DNA of 43,825 nucleotides from Vulcanimicrobiales bacterium (lineage in GTDB: Bacteria; Vulcanimicrobiota; Vulcanimicrobiia; Vulcanimicrobiales; Vulcanimicrobiaceae): positions 1 through 43,825 of the forward strand of contig JBBQQR010000020.1 of NCBI GenBank assembly GCA_038215615.1, in the 5' to 3' direction. Below, one piece after another: positions 32,216 to 42,600 of this stretch (positions are counted from its first letter, which is position 1; each line of letters starts with the position of its first letter). The notes below the pieces were generated by a model. That model was given only the letters and a program-made list of their open reading frames with translations. It had not been told where the DNA came from and ran no database searches. Made by a program: the position numbers and the translations under genes.

Positions 32216-32961
32216 AGAGAAGCGACGGGCGCGCGCTTGACGCCCTGCGGCCGATCGCGATCGAAGCCAACTACCTGAAGTATCCTGAAGGCAGCGCGTT
32301 GATCACCGTCGGAAACACGCGCGTCCTTTGCGCTGCGACGATCGAAGAGCGCGTGCCGCAATGGATGAAAGGCCGCGGGGTCGGATGGGTCACGGCCGAG
32401 TATTCGATGCTGCCGCGCGCAACGCAAGAGCGTACGCAGCGCGAAGCTTCGCGAGGCAGGCTCGGCGGCCGGACGCATGAGATCCAGCGCATCATCGGCA
32501 GAGCGCTTCGCGCCGTAACCGATATGGCGAAACTCGGCGAGCGCACCGTGTGGCTGGATTGCGACGTATTGCAAGCCGACGGCGGCACGCGCACTGCGGC
32601 GGTCACCGGCGCTTGGGTCGCGCTCGCGCTGGCGCTCATCGCCCGCTTCGATGTCAAGAAGCGCGCGGCTTGGCCGCTGCTTGGCCAGATAGCCGCGACC
32701 AGCGTCGGGATCGTCGACGGCTACAACCTGCTCGACCTCGCCTATGATGAAGACAGCCGGGCGCAAGTCGATCTCAACGTCTTCATGACGGACACGGGTA
32801 AGTTTACGGAATTGCAAGGGACCGCGGAAGCGACGCCGTTCAGCCGTTCCGAGCTCGACGCGCTCTTGCAACTAGCCGAACTTGGGATCAAGCAACTGCT
32901 CGAGGCGCAGCGCGCAATCGTCGAACCACTTGGCTATCCGGCACTCGTCAATGTCGGATGA
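32212..32961 (+). CDS. rph: Ribonuclease PH
   Basis: [57 protein letters not shown] 32212. Confidence 0.97.
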   Translation: MKRSDGRALDALRPIAIEANYLKYPEGSALITVGNTRVLCAATIEERVPQWMKGRGVGWVTAEYSMLPRATQERTQREASRGRLGGRTHEIQRIIGRALRAVTDMAKLGERTVWLDCDVLQADGGTRTAAVTGAWVALALALIARFDVKKRAAWPLLGQIAATSVGIVDGYNLLDLAYDEDSRAQVDLNVFMTDTGKFTELQGTAEATPFSRSELDALLQLAELGIKQLLEAQRAIVEPLGYPALVNVG

Positions 32962-33292
32962 AAGATTTCGCGCGCTCGTTGCGCGCGTTGGGGAATTCTA
33001 CGTCACGGATCGGGCGATGAAAGCTGCTCAGAAGACGATCGAGGCCGAGCTTGCCGCCGGCGGAGCGGGCGAATTCGCCCGCGGCCGCTACGTCGAGGCA
33101 GTACGGCGGTATTTCTTAGGCTTCGAGCGTGAAGCGCGTGCGCAGCTGCGCGACGTCGACAAGCGGCTCGTGCACGCGAACCAGGTGCATTTTAACCTTG
33201 CCGCCGAACGCGGCGTGGTGGTCAAACGGATCGAAGCGACGCAAGGCGTGCTGAAAGAGATTGAAGATGGCGCAGGTTCTGCGCGAGGTTGA
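32951..33292 (+). CDS. Hypothetical alpha-helical/coiled-coil protein (113 aa)
   Basis: [21 protein letters not shown]...; overlaps the rph end and the mlaE start. Confidence 0.7.
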   Translation: MSDERFRALVARVGEFYVTDRAMKAAQKTIEAELAAGGAGEFARGRYVEAVRRYFLGFEREARAQLRDVDKRLVHANQVHFNLAAERGVVVKRIEATQGVLKEIEDGAGSARG

Positions 33293-34106
33293 AGAGAGTC
33301 CGGCGGCGCAGGCCGTCGAGCGCGTCAGCGTCGGCGTCCTGGCCTCGGTCGGGCGCCGGGTCAGCGACATCCTTGAGTACGCCGGCGGTCTCACGATGCT
33401 CATGTGGGAGACCGTCAAGACGATCTTCCGGCTACGCATTCGTTTTGCCGAAACGTTAAACCAATGCTATCTCTTGGGCTATCAGTCGCTAATCATCGTT
33501 TTACTCACCTCTCTCTTCACGGGCATGGTCTTTTCGCTGGAGTCCGCCGTGCAAGCCGTGCAATACGGTTTCGGCAGTTTCGTCGGCGGTATCGTTTCCT
33601 ACACCGTTGTCCGCGAGTTGGGGCCGATGCTTTCGGCTGTAGTCGTGGCGGGCCGCGCGTGCGCGGCGATCGCTGCCGAACTCGGCTCGATGGAAGTCAC
33701 CGAACAGATTGAGGCCCTCAAATCGCTCGGGTTAGCCCCGGTCCGCTTCCTGGTCGTCCCGCGTTTGCTCGCGTTGATGATCATGCTCCCGCTGCTCACC
33801 GTTTTCGCGGACGTTATCGGCGTGTATGGCGGACAGTGGATCGCGCACGTGCAGGCGCACATCGGCACGCAAGATTTTATGGCGTCGGCGCGCCAAACGG
33901 TCGGCTTTGACGACGTCGTCAAAGGCTTATTCAAAGCGCTCGTGTTTGCCGTCGTCATCGTGATGATCGGTTCCTACCAGGGATTGACGACCAAGGGCGG
34001 CGCAGCCGGCGTCGGCAAATCGGCAACGAGCGCAGTGGTCACCTGCATCATTTTGATCTTCATCCTGAATTTCGTGATGTCGTACTTCTTGTACGCGGGA
34101 GCCTGA
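33267..34106 (+). CDS. mlaE: MlaE-family ABC permease
   Basis: RELGPML.AVVVAGR...AIAAELGSM.VTEQIEAL..LG..PVRFLVVPR, GG..GVG..AT.AVV. Confidence 0.94.
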   Translation: MAQVLREVEESPAAQAVERVSVGVLASVGRRVSDILEYAGGLTMLMWETVKTIFRLRIRFAETLNQCYLLGYQSLIIVLLTSLFTGMVFSLESAVQAVQYGFGSFVGGIVSYTVVRELGPMLSAVVVAGRACAAIAAELGSMEVTEQIEALKSLGLAPVRFLVVPRLLALMIMLPLLTVFADVIGVYGGQWIAHVQAHIGTQDFMASARQTVGFDDVVKGLFKALVFAVVIVMIGSYQGLTTKGGAAGVGKSATSAVVTCIILIFILNFVMSYFLYAGA

Positions 34107-34861
34107 TGGCCGAATCAATTGCCCGACTCGACGACGTGTCGGTGCGTTTCGGAGAACGCGTGGTGCTGCAGAACTGCAGCCTCAAGGTTCCCGAGGGCGC
34201 GATCACGTGCATCATCGGGCTTTCGGGAGCCGGTAAATCGACGATATTGCGGCTGCTCGACGGGCTGCTGTTGCCCGATTCCGGCCACGTGTATCTGCGC
34301 GAAAACGACATTTGCCACATGCGCGAGAGTCAACTTATCGAGATGCGGACGAAGATCGGTTTTGCCTTTCAGTTTGCGGCGCTCTTCGATAGTATGACGG
34401 TTGGTGACAACGTTTCTCTGCCACTGCGCGAACACACAACGCTATCCGAGAAAGAGATTCGCGACATCGTGATGCACACGCTTGAGAGCGTAGGGCTGTC
34501 GCACACGTACGACAATATGCCTTCCGAACTCTCGGGCGGCATGCTCAAGCGAGCCGGCTTCGCCCGCGCCGTCGTAACCAACCCCGAACTGGTGCTTTAC
34601 GACGAGCCCACCACCGGCGTCGATCCGATCGTCACGCATCTCTTGACCGATACGATCAAGCGGCTGCGCAAGCAACTCAACGCCACCGCCGTCGTCATTT
34701 CACACGATCTACAATCGATCTACATGATGGCTGATTACGTCGCTATGCTTTTCGAGGGCGCGATCATCGCCACCGGGACCGTCGACGAGGTGCGCAAATC
34801 GACCAACCCGATCGTCCAGCAATTCCTTCAGGGCTCAGAGGTGGGCCCCATACCCCTGTGA
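34106..34861 (+). CDS. mlaF: MlaF-family ABC ATPase
   Basis: GLSGAGKS, FQ.AALFDSMTV, PSELSGGM.KR, YDEPTTG.DP, SHD. Confidence 0.94.
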   Translation: MAESIARLDDVSVRFGERVVLQNCSLKVPEGAITCIIGLSGAGKSTILRLLDGLLLPDSGHVYLRENDICHMRESQLIEMRTKIGFAFQFAALFDSMTVGDNVSLPLREHTTLSEKEIRDIVMHTLESVGLSHTYDNMPSELSGGMLKRAGFARAVVTNPELVLYDEPTTGVDPIVTHLLTDTIKRLRKQLNATAVVISHDLQSIYMMADYVAMLFEGAIIATGTVDEVRKSTNPIVQQFLQGSEVGPIPL

Positions 34862-34881
34862 TGCGCAGACGCACAGGGGTA
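34851..34881 (+). repeat. Perfect 10-bp inverted repeat (hairpin) spanning the mlaF stop
   Basis: TACCCCTGTG (34851-60), 11-nt loop, CACAGGGGTA (34872-81); no U-tract follows. Confidence 0.7.
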
Positions 34882-34933
34882 CCCCGCTACTGCAAAAAGA
34901 TGGCAGAAGAACCCGTGCGGGAATAGGAGGAGA

Positions 34934-36499
34934 ATGTTTCTCACCAGGCAGGCGCAATTGGGAGTCTTCGCAATCGCTGCGCTGCTCTTTCTGTTCGGGA
35001 TTTTTTACATCATCACGGACTACGGGACGCGGCACAGCGGGTACCGGATCGGCGTGCACTTTGCGTCGGCTTCCGGCCTGCCGACCGGCGCGCAAGTGTT
35101 CTTTAGCGGAGTCAGCGTGGGAACCGTGGATCAAGTGCAACTGCTCCCCGACAACACCGTCGACGTCATCCTGGCGATTCAACCCCAAGTCGACATTCCG
35201 AAGGATTCGAAGTTCTTGATTCAGTCGCCGCTCACCGGGTCGCCGAACTTTTACATTATCCCGCCGGTGCCGCCGGCCATCGAGCCCGGATACACCGCGA
35301 CGCCGGTACCCAAGAGTGCGATGCTGCCGCGAGAAGTTCTTCCGCTCAACGAGCAGCCTGCGGGCATCACCGGCGCGACCGTCGCGGATTTGCTTTCGCA
35401 AGGCCAGGGTGAGATCAAACGGCTGGACTCGATGCTCGTCATGCTCCAGAATCGCGAAGGCAAGCTGCTAAACACGCTGCAGTCCGCGCTTTCCAACGTG
35501 GACGAAATGTCGGGGCAGCTGAAGAGCACGGTAGCCGACGTGTCGGGCACGATGTCCGTGACGATGCACCAGGCCGGCGCGAACATCGTGGCGATGACCA
35601 ATACGCTGAACTCAACGCTCGGCCGTAATCAGTACAAAATCGATTCGATGCTCGCATCCCTTGATAGCACCGCTCTCGCGCTCAGTCAGTCCATGGACTC
35701 GCTCCGCTCGCTTGCGACGGATCCGCGACTGCACGACAACCTCATTGGCACGACGCAAAATATTCGCGACCTAACGATGAACCTATCGGGGGTTGCTAGC
35801 GACTTGCGGCAAGTGACAGGCAACGCGCAGACGCAAGCGCAGCTGCGCGACACGGTCGCGTCGCTCGATGCGACCATGCAGAAGGCAAACTCCCTGCTCG
35901 GAACGCTGGGCGGACAAAGTCATGTTCCGGGAGTTGATGCCGGCGCTACGCCCTACCCGTTGCCCAATAAGAGCGGCGTTCCGCCCATGATTCCCGGGGC
36001 GCCCGCGCCCAAGCCGTCGCCCAACGGTGCGGCCTTGAATGGCGGACTTTCGAAAATTCTCAGCAACCTCGTTTCGGTCCAGCTGCGGTTGAGTTATCTC
36101 AATTCGCAGACCGTGCCGGGCAATAACCGTCTGCTGACCGCCGACCGCGGGCCGCAAGCCGACGTCAATGCGATCCTGCTGCCGCGCGGGCAGATGAGCA
36201 TCATGACGGGCGCCAACGATATCGGCAGCGGCCGTACAACCTATAATCTGGCCGCGATCAAAGCATTCACGCCGGCCATTCACATCGGCGGCGGTATTCT
36301 CTATTCTCAAATAGGAGCGCTCGCGACATTCGATGCCGGGCTCGTCGGACTGGAGACGCGCGTCTACAATTTGCGCCGGCCGAGCTTCGATTTCTACGGA
36401 AACTTCAACGTGGCGCGATGGGGCAAGTTGTTTCTGGGGCAACGCGACGCGGGCCGTCCGGACCGGCGCACCGTCTTCGGATTGCAACTGCAGTTCTAA
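34934..36499 (+). CDS. mlaD: MlaD/MCE protein with a long helical region and a C-terminal beta-strand domain
   Basis: N-terminal TM, MCE motif F..ASGL..GA.V..SGV.VG.V, ~170-aa helical stretch, Pro-rich linker, amphipathic beta region ending FGLQLQF; strong SD AGGAGG. Confidence 0.9.
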   Translation: MFLTRQAQLGVFAIAALLFLFGIFYIITDYGTRHSGYRIGVHFASASGLPTGAQVFFSGVSVGTVDQVQLLPDNTVDVILAIQPQVDIPKDSKFLIQSPLTGSPNFYIIPPVPPAIEPGYTATPVPKSAMLPREVLPLNEQPAGITGATVADLLSQGQGEIKRLDSMLVMLQNREGKLLNTLQSALSNVDEMSGQLKSTVADVSGTMSVTMHQAGANIVAMTNTLNSTLGRNQYKIDSMLASLDSTALALSQSMDSLRSLATDPRLHDNLIGTTQNIRDLTMNLSGVASDLRQVTGNAQTQAQLRDTVASLDATMQKANSLLGTLGGQSHVPGVDAGATPYPLPNKSGVPPMIPGAPAPKPSPNGAALNGGLSKILSNLVSVQLRLSYLNSQTVPGNNRLLTADRGPQADVNAILLPRGQMSIMTGANDIGSGRTTYNLAAIKAFTPAIHIGGGILYSQIGALATFDAGLVGLETRVYNLRRPSFDFYGNFNVARWGKLFLGQRDAGRPDRRTVFGLQLQF

Positions 36500-36506
36500 G
36501 CCGCCG

Positions 36507-37439
36507 ATGGAGCAGAGCCGCCCCCGCGTAGGAATTATCGGATCCGGTGCGATGGGCACCCTCTTCGGTTTTCATTTGGCATCCTGCTGCGACGTCACGA
36601 TGCTCGACAGTAACGTGTCGGTGCTCGAGAGCATTCAAAAACATAAAGGCCTTTCCGTCAACGGCGCGCCGCCGCGCGCGGTACGCGTCGGAAAGACGCC
36701 CCGCGATTTGTTCGGGTCGAACATGGTCTTTCTGTTCGTCAAAGCCGTCGACACGCTGCGCGCTCTGCGTCCGTTTGCGGGTGAGCTGAACCCATCCACG
36801 CCGATTGTCTCGCTGCAGAACGGGGTCGGAAATGAGGATGCCATCAAGGCCGCGCTGGGCGGCGCGATCCCGGTCGTTCTGGGCATTACAACGGAATCGT
36901 CCCTGACCGTTAAGCCGGGCCGCGTTCGCAGCTCCGAAGAGGGCAGCACGATCGTCGGCTCCGGCGGCGCCTCTCCGGCGACGTCGCGCGCGGTTGCCGA
37001 TCTGCTGATTCAGAGCGGCCTGCGAGCCGCAGTCGTGTACGACATCCGCCCGCACCTCTGGGGTAAACTCGTTGCGAACGCCGCCATCAATGCGCCGAGC
37101 GCGATTTTGGACTGCGTCGCGGGCGATTTGCTGCACGACCCCAATGCCGCGCGACTCTGCGAAGCGCTGGCTGAAGAAGCGGCAGCGGTCGCATCCGCCC
37201 TAAAAATTCATTTGCCTTACGCCAACCCGTGGCAATACGTGAGCGAAGTTATCGCGGTCGGCGCGGACTCCAAGACATCCATGGCCTTCGATCTCGAATC
37301 GGGTCACCAATCCGAGATCGACCACATCAACGGTGCAGTCTGTGCCGCCGGCAGGCGCACCGGCGTCGCGACACCCTATAACGACACGATGGTGCGTCTC
37401 GTCAAGGCACGCGAAGCTCTAAAGTCATCCAAAACCTGA
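36507..37439 (+). CDS. panE: 2-dehydropantoate 2-reductase
   Basis: GSGAMG, VK, LQNGVG, LW.KL..NAAIN, SM..DL, EID.ING; ATG 36507. Confidence 0.92.
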   Translation: MEQSRPRVGIIGSGAMGTLFGFHLASCCDVTMLDSNVSVLESIQKHKGLSVNGAPPRAVRVGKTPRDLFGSNMVFLFVKAVDTLRALRPFAGELNPSTPIVSLQNGVGNEDAIKAALGGAIPVVLGITTESSLTVKPGRVRSSEEGSTIVGSGGASPATSRAVADLLIQSGLRAAVVYDIRPHLWGKLVANAAINAPSAILDCVAGDLLHDPNAARLCEALAEEAAAVASALKIHLPYANPWQYVSEVIAVGADSKTSMAFDLESGHQSEIDHINGAVCAAGRRTGVATPYNDTMVRLVKAREALKSSKT

Positions 37440-37442
37440 TCG

Positions 37443-39641
37443 CTACCTGCCTGCGACCGTGAACCCACGCGGCCCGTGTACTGTGCCCCGCAGAACGCGA
37501 AAATGCACGCGGTCGACCGCGCTTCCGGCGCGAACCGTCAGCACCCAATCGCCCATTCGGACGGGCCAAAAATAGGCGTCTCCGTCGCCCTGCGCGATGC
37601 GCGCTCCGTTAAGGCGCCATACCGCCCGGACGTGCGGCGGACGGCTTATTCGAAACTCAATCCGCTGCTGCGCGCGACGAGGATCGGTGGCGGCTAACCC
37701 GTCTTCAAAAACATCGCCGTCGTTGGGAAAAAGCACACGCAGTGCGCCGGCCGTATCACCCTGCCCGGCGCGCCATTCGTTGAACGCGGCGGATACGCCG
37801 GCGCGCCGCGGGTTTCGGATCGATCTCACGTCTTCGGCGTCGGCATATTCACGCAGACCTCCCCAGCGTACGATGTGATAGCCGGAAGGCGCAGTAAATG
37901 CTGGGGGATCGCCGTGTTCGTACAGATGCAGCATGATCCGGTTCCAAAGCGGACCCGCGCCCGTAACGCCCGCGATGCGGCGCATCGGCGCGCCTGAAAA
38001 ATTTCCGGTCCACACGGCGACCGTGTATTCCGGTGTCGCTCCCACCGTCCAGGTGTCGCGGTAATCCGACGAGGTCCCCGTTTTAACCAATGAGGCAAAC
38101 GGTGTATCGATAACCGATCCCACGCCGAACGACTTGGCGCGCGCGTAGCGATCGGCGAGCATGTCGCACACGAGTTCCCAGGTGGCCGGGTCGCCGATTT
38201 GCGTCGCAACCGGCACGCGGTTATCCATGACGGTCCGCAGGGGAATGTCACTGCCGCCGCGCGCCAGGGTCACGTACGCGTGGGCGAGATCCCAAAGGGT
38301 CACCTCGCCTGCGCCAAGCGTCAACCCCAGTCCGTAGTAGTCCGGCGTACGATGTAAATCCGAAAAACCGATAGTCCGCAGACGCGACAAGAACGCCGGG
38401 ACGCCCACGGCAGAGAGCACGCGTACTGCCGGAACGTTGAGCGAATTCGCGAGCGCGGTGCGCACGGAGACCGGGCCGGCGAAGTTCGAGCTGTAGTCCT
38501 CCGGCGAATATGCGTGGCCGTTCGGAATAGCATACGACGTCGGCACATCGGCTAGGATTGTGTACGGACGGATCGTCCTGCGTTCTAATGCATACTCGTA
38601 GAGAAAGGGTTTCAGTGTCGAACCCGGCTGGCGAAGCGTGCGAACGCCGTCATTTTTCCCAAGGTAGGCATCGTCGAAGTAATCGGTCGATCCAACGTAG
38701 GCAAGCACGTCCCCGCTGCGGTTGTCGATGACGAGCGCTGCGGCTTGCGTGACGTTCCGGCCGGCGAGCGCCGCAACGACATCCCGGGCTTGCGACTGCA
38801 CGAAGAGTTGCAGCGGAAGATCGATCGTCGTGCGAACCGGGCTCGATGCCGCTTGCGGCGCAAGCCGGAAGAGCAGCTGTTGCGCGGCGGCTAATTCACC
38901 ACCGGCTTTCCGCACGTGCAGCATTTCGCGGCGCGCGATGCCGGCCTCGCTTTGCGTGATGTATCCGGCCGAAACCATCGCGCTTAGAACCGCGTGCTGA
39001 CGCGTGCGCGCCGCTGCCCAATGCGTGCGCGGCTCCAGCCCGGTCGGGTCGTTCGGCAGGCCGGCCAGGAGCGCGGCTTGCGCCAAATCCAAATCGCTCG
39101 ACGGAATGCCGAAATAGGTGCGCGAGGCGGCCTCGATTCCGTAGATATTCCCGCCCATGGCGACCCGGTTGACGTAGGCGTTGAGGATTTGATTCTTGCT
39201 TGCGCCGGCTTCGATGCGCGAGGCGTCCCAAATCTGCAGCGCTTTGCCGCGCACTCCCGATGGAAGGTCGAATTGCTCGCGCGCGAGCTGCATCGTAATC
39301 GTCGAAGCGCCGCCCGTACCGCACAGACAGCGGAAGCTCTGCCAGCCTGCGCGCGCCGCGGCCAGCCAATCAACGGGACCGTGCGCGAAGAAATGGCGAT
39401 CTTCGGCGGCGAGCACAGCTTTGATGAAGAAGGGCGAAACACGCGCGAGCGGCACCGAAACCGAACTCTCGCGTCCGCTGCTGAGCACGACGCCCAGTGG
39501 AATCCCGGCGCGGTCGGTAAAACCGACGGCCGAACTGCGCGGTTCGATCGCAGCGGCCGGGATTGCGAAGGAGCGCCACGCCAACCACGCTGCGATCAGC
39601 GCGGCAGCGGTCGACAGGGAAGTCCGCACGCCATGGCTCAT
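37443..39641 (-). CDS. pbpC: Penicillin-binding protein 1C
   Basis: Transglycosylase EDRHF, GASTITMQLAR; transpeptidase QPGSTLKPF, SLN, KTGT; C-terminal BiPBP-like domain; adjacent to the A2M gene. Confidence 0.92.
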   Translation of the reverse strand: MSHGVRTSLSTAAALIAAWLAWRSFAIPAAAIEPRSSAVGFTDRAGIPLGVVLSSGRESSVSVPLARVSPFFIKAVLAAEDRHFFAHGPVDWLAAARAGWQSFRCLCGTGGASTITMQLAREQFDLPSGVRGKALQIWDASRIEAGASKNQILNAYVNRVAMGGNIYGIEAASRTYFGIPSSDLDLAQAALLAGLPNDPTGLEPRTHWAAARTRQHAVLSAMVSAGYITQSEAGIARREMLHVRKAGGELAAAQQLLFRLAPQAASSPVRTTIDLPLQLFVQSQARDVVAALAGRNVTQAAALVIDNRSGDVLAYVGSTDYFDDAYLGKNDGVRTLRQPGSTLKPFLYEYALERRTIRPYTILADVPTSYAIPNGHAYSPEDYSSNFAGPVSVRTALANSLNVPAVRVLSAVGVPAFLSRLRTIGFSDLHRTPDYYGLGLTLGAGEVTLWDLAHAYVTLARGGSDIPLRTVMDNRVPVATQIGDPATWELVCDMLADRYARAKSFGVGSVIDTPFASLVKTGTSSDYRDTWTVGATPEYTVAVWTGNFSGAPMRRIAGVTGAGPLWNRIMLHLYEHGDPPAFTAPSGYHIVRWGGLREYADAEDVRSIRNPRRAGVSAAFNEWRAGQGDTAGALRVLFPNDGDVFEDGLAATDPRRAQQRIEFRISRPPHVRAVWRLNGARIAQGDGDAYFWPVRMGDWVLTVRAGSAVDRVHFRVLRGTVHGPRGFTVAGR

Positions 39642-39698
39642 GGAAACGTGCTTCCCGCGCCTCAAGTGCTTTTCCGCCGCGGTGTTGAAGAACTGGGC

Positions 39699-42600
39699 GT
39701 GCGTGGCCGTTTAGCACTCGCGGCAATCGGTATTCTCACCGTCGTTTCGGCGTGCGGTAAGCCGCCGACACGTGGGCTCGAGTCCGTTGCCCGGCTGCCC
39801 TCGCCTTCGGCGCCCGCCTGGATCGCGCAGGTGGCACCCCTTGGAAAGGTGACGAGTTCAGCGCAGATTCGCGTCATATTCGCCAATCCGGTTATTCCGG
39901 TCGCGCAGCTGGGTTCGGCGTCTGAGAAAGATCTGCTCGCGCACTTCCGCGTTACGCCCGCGCTCGCGGGTTCGTTCGTCGTGCTGACGCCGCGCATGAT
40001 CGCTTTCGAATCGGATTCGGCGCTGCCTCGAGCGACTCGCGTTCGCGTTACCTTGACTTCAGGGCTGCGAGATCTCTCCGGTCATGCGCTCGATCGCGAT
40101 CTTGCTTGGACTTTTGAAACCGACCCGATCGTGCTTAGAAATGCCAATCAATCACCCGATGCCACGCCCACACCGTTCACGGTCTCGCTGCGGCCCACCG
40201 TGCAACTTTCGTCTAATACGCAGCTCGACGCGGACTCGCTGGCTTCCTCGGCGGTCTTCCATTCGGGCGCAGGCGACACGCCGTCTGCGGCCGCTCAAGA
40301 AAGCCCCGACCCGGATGGCGGAAGCTGGAGTTACGCGATTTCGCCGCAAAGCGATCTGCGAAAAGATACGGCCTACACGCTGACCGTCGAACCCGGGGTT
40401 CTGCCAAAAGCCGGCAACCTTGCGAGCGTCAAAGCGCTCACCGTCGCCATGCATACGTACTCGCCGCTCGCATTTATCTCGGCGCGTCCCACGGCCGATC
40501 CGATGACGTCAACCGGCAACCCGCGATTCTCGGGCGGCGATCCCGTGCTGATCTTCAATAATGCACTGGATCCAAAAACGTACCCTCAACACATTCGCCT
40601 GCAGCCCTCGCCGCGTCCGGTGGGGCAGCTCTACTCGATCTCAGACGACGGAACCACGGTTTCGATTAACCCGTACGCGCTGTCGCCGAAAACCAATTAC
40701 ACGCTCTGGGCCGATGCCGCTCTGCAGGATGTTTACGGTCAGCAACTTGGACGCGACGCGCGCGCGCAGTTCGCAGCCGGCGACTTGGCGCCGTACTTCT
40801 GGGCGCCGACCGGCTTCAATATGTTCGTCGCAAGCCAGAATCTGCAGCTGCAGTACAGCGCCATCAATTTGCCCGGCAATAGCTATCGCGCAGCCTATCA
40901 CGCGATCGCGCCCGCCGAGCTCATTTACGCCGACGAATCCGACGTTTCAAAATTGCTTCCGGATCCTATGGACTGGGCCGCTTTCGGAGTGCACGCCGCG
41001 CCCAACACGCAGGTCCCAATTAACATATCTCTTCGCGATCGTCTCGGAAGCTCGATGGGCATGCTTGCCTATGGCGCCGAGGCGGGGACCAACAGTGGGA
41101 ACAGCTTCAGCGGCAGCGTTGCATTGACGAACCTGGGCGTCTTTGCGCAGTGGTTTCCGCAAACCGCGAATATCATGGTGCAGCGCTTGAACGACGGTGC
41201 TCCCGTCTCCGGAGCGCCGGTCTCGGTGTACGTGATGCACACCTACGATCAAGGGCCGGTCGATCCGAACCCGCAGCCGTGCGCGGCGGGCGCGACCGGC
41301 GCAAACGGTGCGCTCGCATTTGCGTCTATCGATCTCGCACGCTGCTACGCGGGTAATCGTCCGGCGGATCAAGCGCCCGAGCTGCTCACCGTAGCGCGAT
41401 CCGGTTCCGACTGGAGCTTTGTGCGCACTTACGCGTGGAGCGGCGCGTATACGTACAACCTCGGCAGCCTGGATTCGACGTGGTCCAATGGTCAGCCGAT
41501 CTCGCGCGGCGTTATCTACTCCGACCGCCAGATGTATCAGCCGGGCGAGCGCGGATGGCTCACCGCCGTTTGCTACGTTCTGCAGAACGGAACGCTTAAA
41601 GCCGACGCGAACGCCCAGTACTCGGTCGTGCTCACCGATCCCAATGGCGCCAAACGCACGCTGCCGGCGCAGACGAGCAACCGTTATGCGAGTTTCTCAT
41701 TCCCGGTAACTTTTTCGAAAACGCAGCCGCTCGGATACTACACGGTGACGGCGACCGGGCCGGGCGGAGCGCAAATGACCGGCAATTTTAGAGTTGCCGA
41801 ATTCCATCCGCCCAACTTCAGCGTCGATGTGAACCTCGACCGGACGTACGCAGCCGCCGGAAGCTCCGTGAACGCCGCGGGCAGCGCGAAGTATTTGTTC
41901 GGAGCTCCGATGGGGGGAGCAAGCGCAACGTTCCACGTCACGCGCGAGCAAATCTCGATCACGCCCAAAGGTTGGGACGACTTCAGTTTCGGGCGGCAGT
42001 GGCTTTGGCCCGAGCAGCAGCCCGACGCTTCGGGCGACGTCAGCCAGCAAAGCGTGACGCTCGACAGCGCAGGAAAAGGATCCTACGCGGTTACTGTGCC
42101 GCAAGAGTTGCCCTACGCGATGACCTACCGTATCGATCTCGAAGCCACCGACGCCTCCCACCTGACCAGCAGCGCGACGCAAACCTTTACGGCTGTTCCG
42201 GCTGCTTCGCTGATCGGATTGCGCAGCGATTTCGTCGGCACGGTGAACGCGCCCGTCTCCGTCGGAGTGATCGTCACGGACCCGGCGGGCAAAGCGCAAA
42301 GCGGAACGCGCGTTCACGTGGAGCTGCAGAAGATGCAGTACAGTGGCGTTACCCAGGTTGTGGAGGGCGCAGAATCCGCGCGCAATCAGGTCCAGTATTC
42401 AACCGTCGCGCAGGCCGATGCCACGAGCGGAAACGCAGCGCAAACGGTCGCGCTCGTCGCGAAGGATCCCGGAAGCTATCGCATCCGCGCGAACTTTTCG
42501 GGTGCGGCCGGGGATGCCACGGCGACGGATACGCAAGTCTGGATATCCGGGCCGGGCCAAGCGGTGTGGGGCGACCAGAATCCGTCGCAACTGCAGATGA

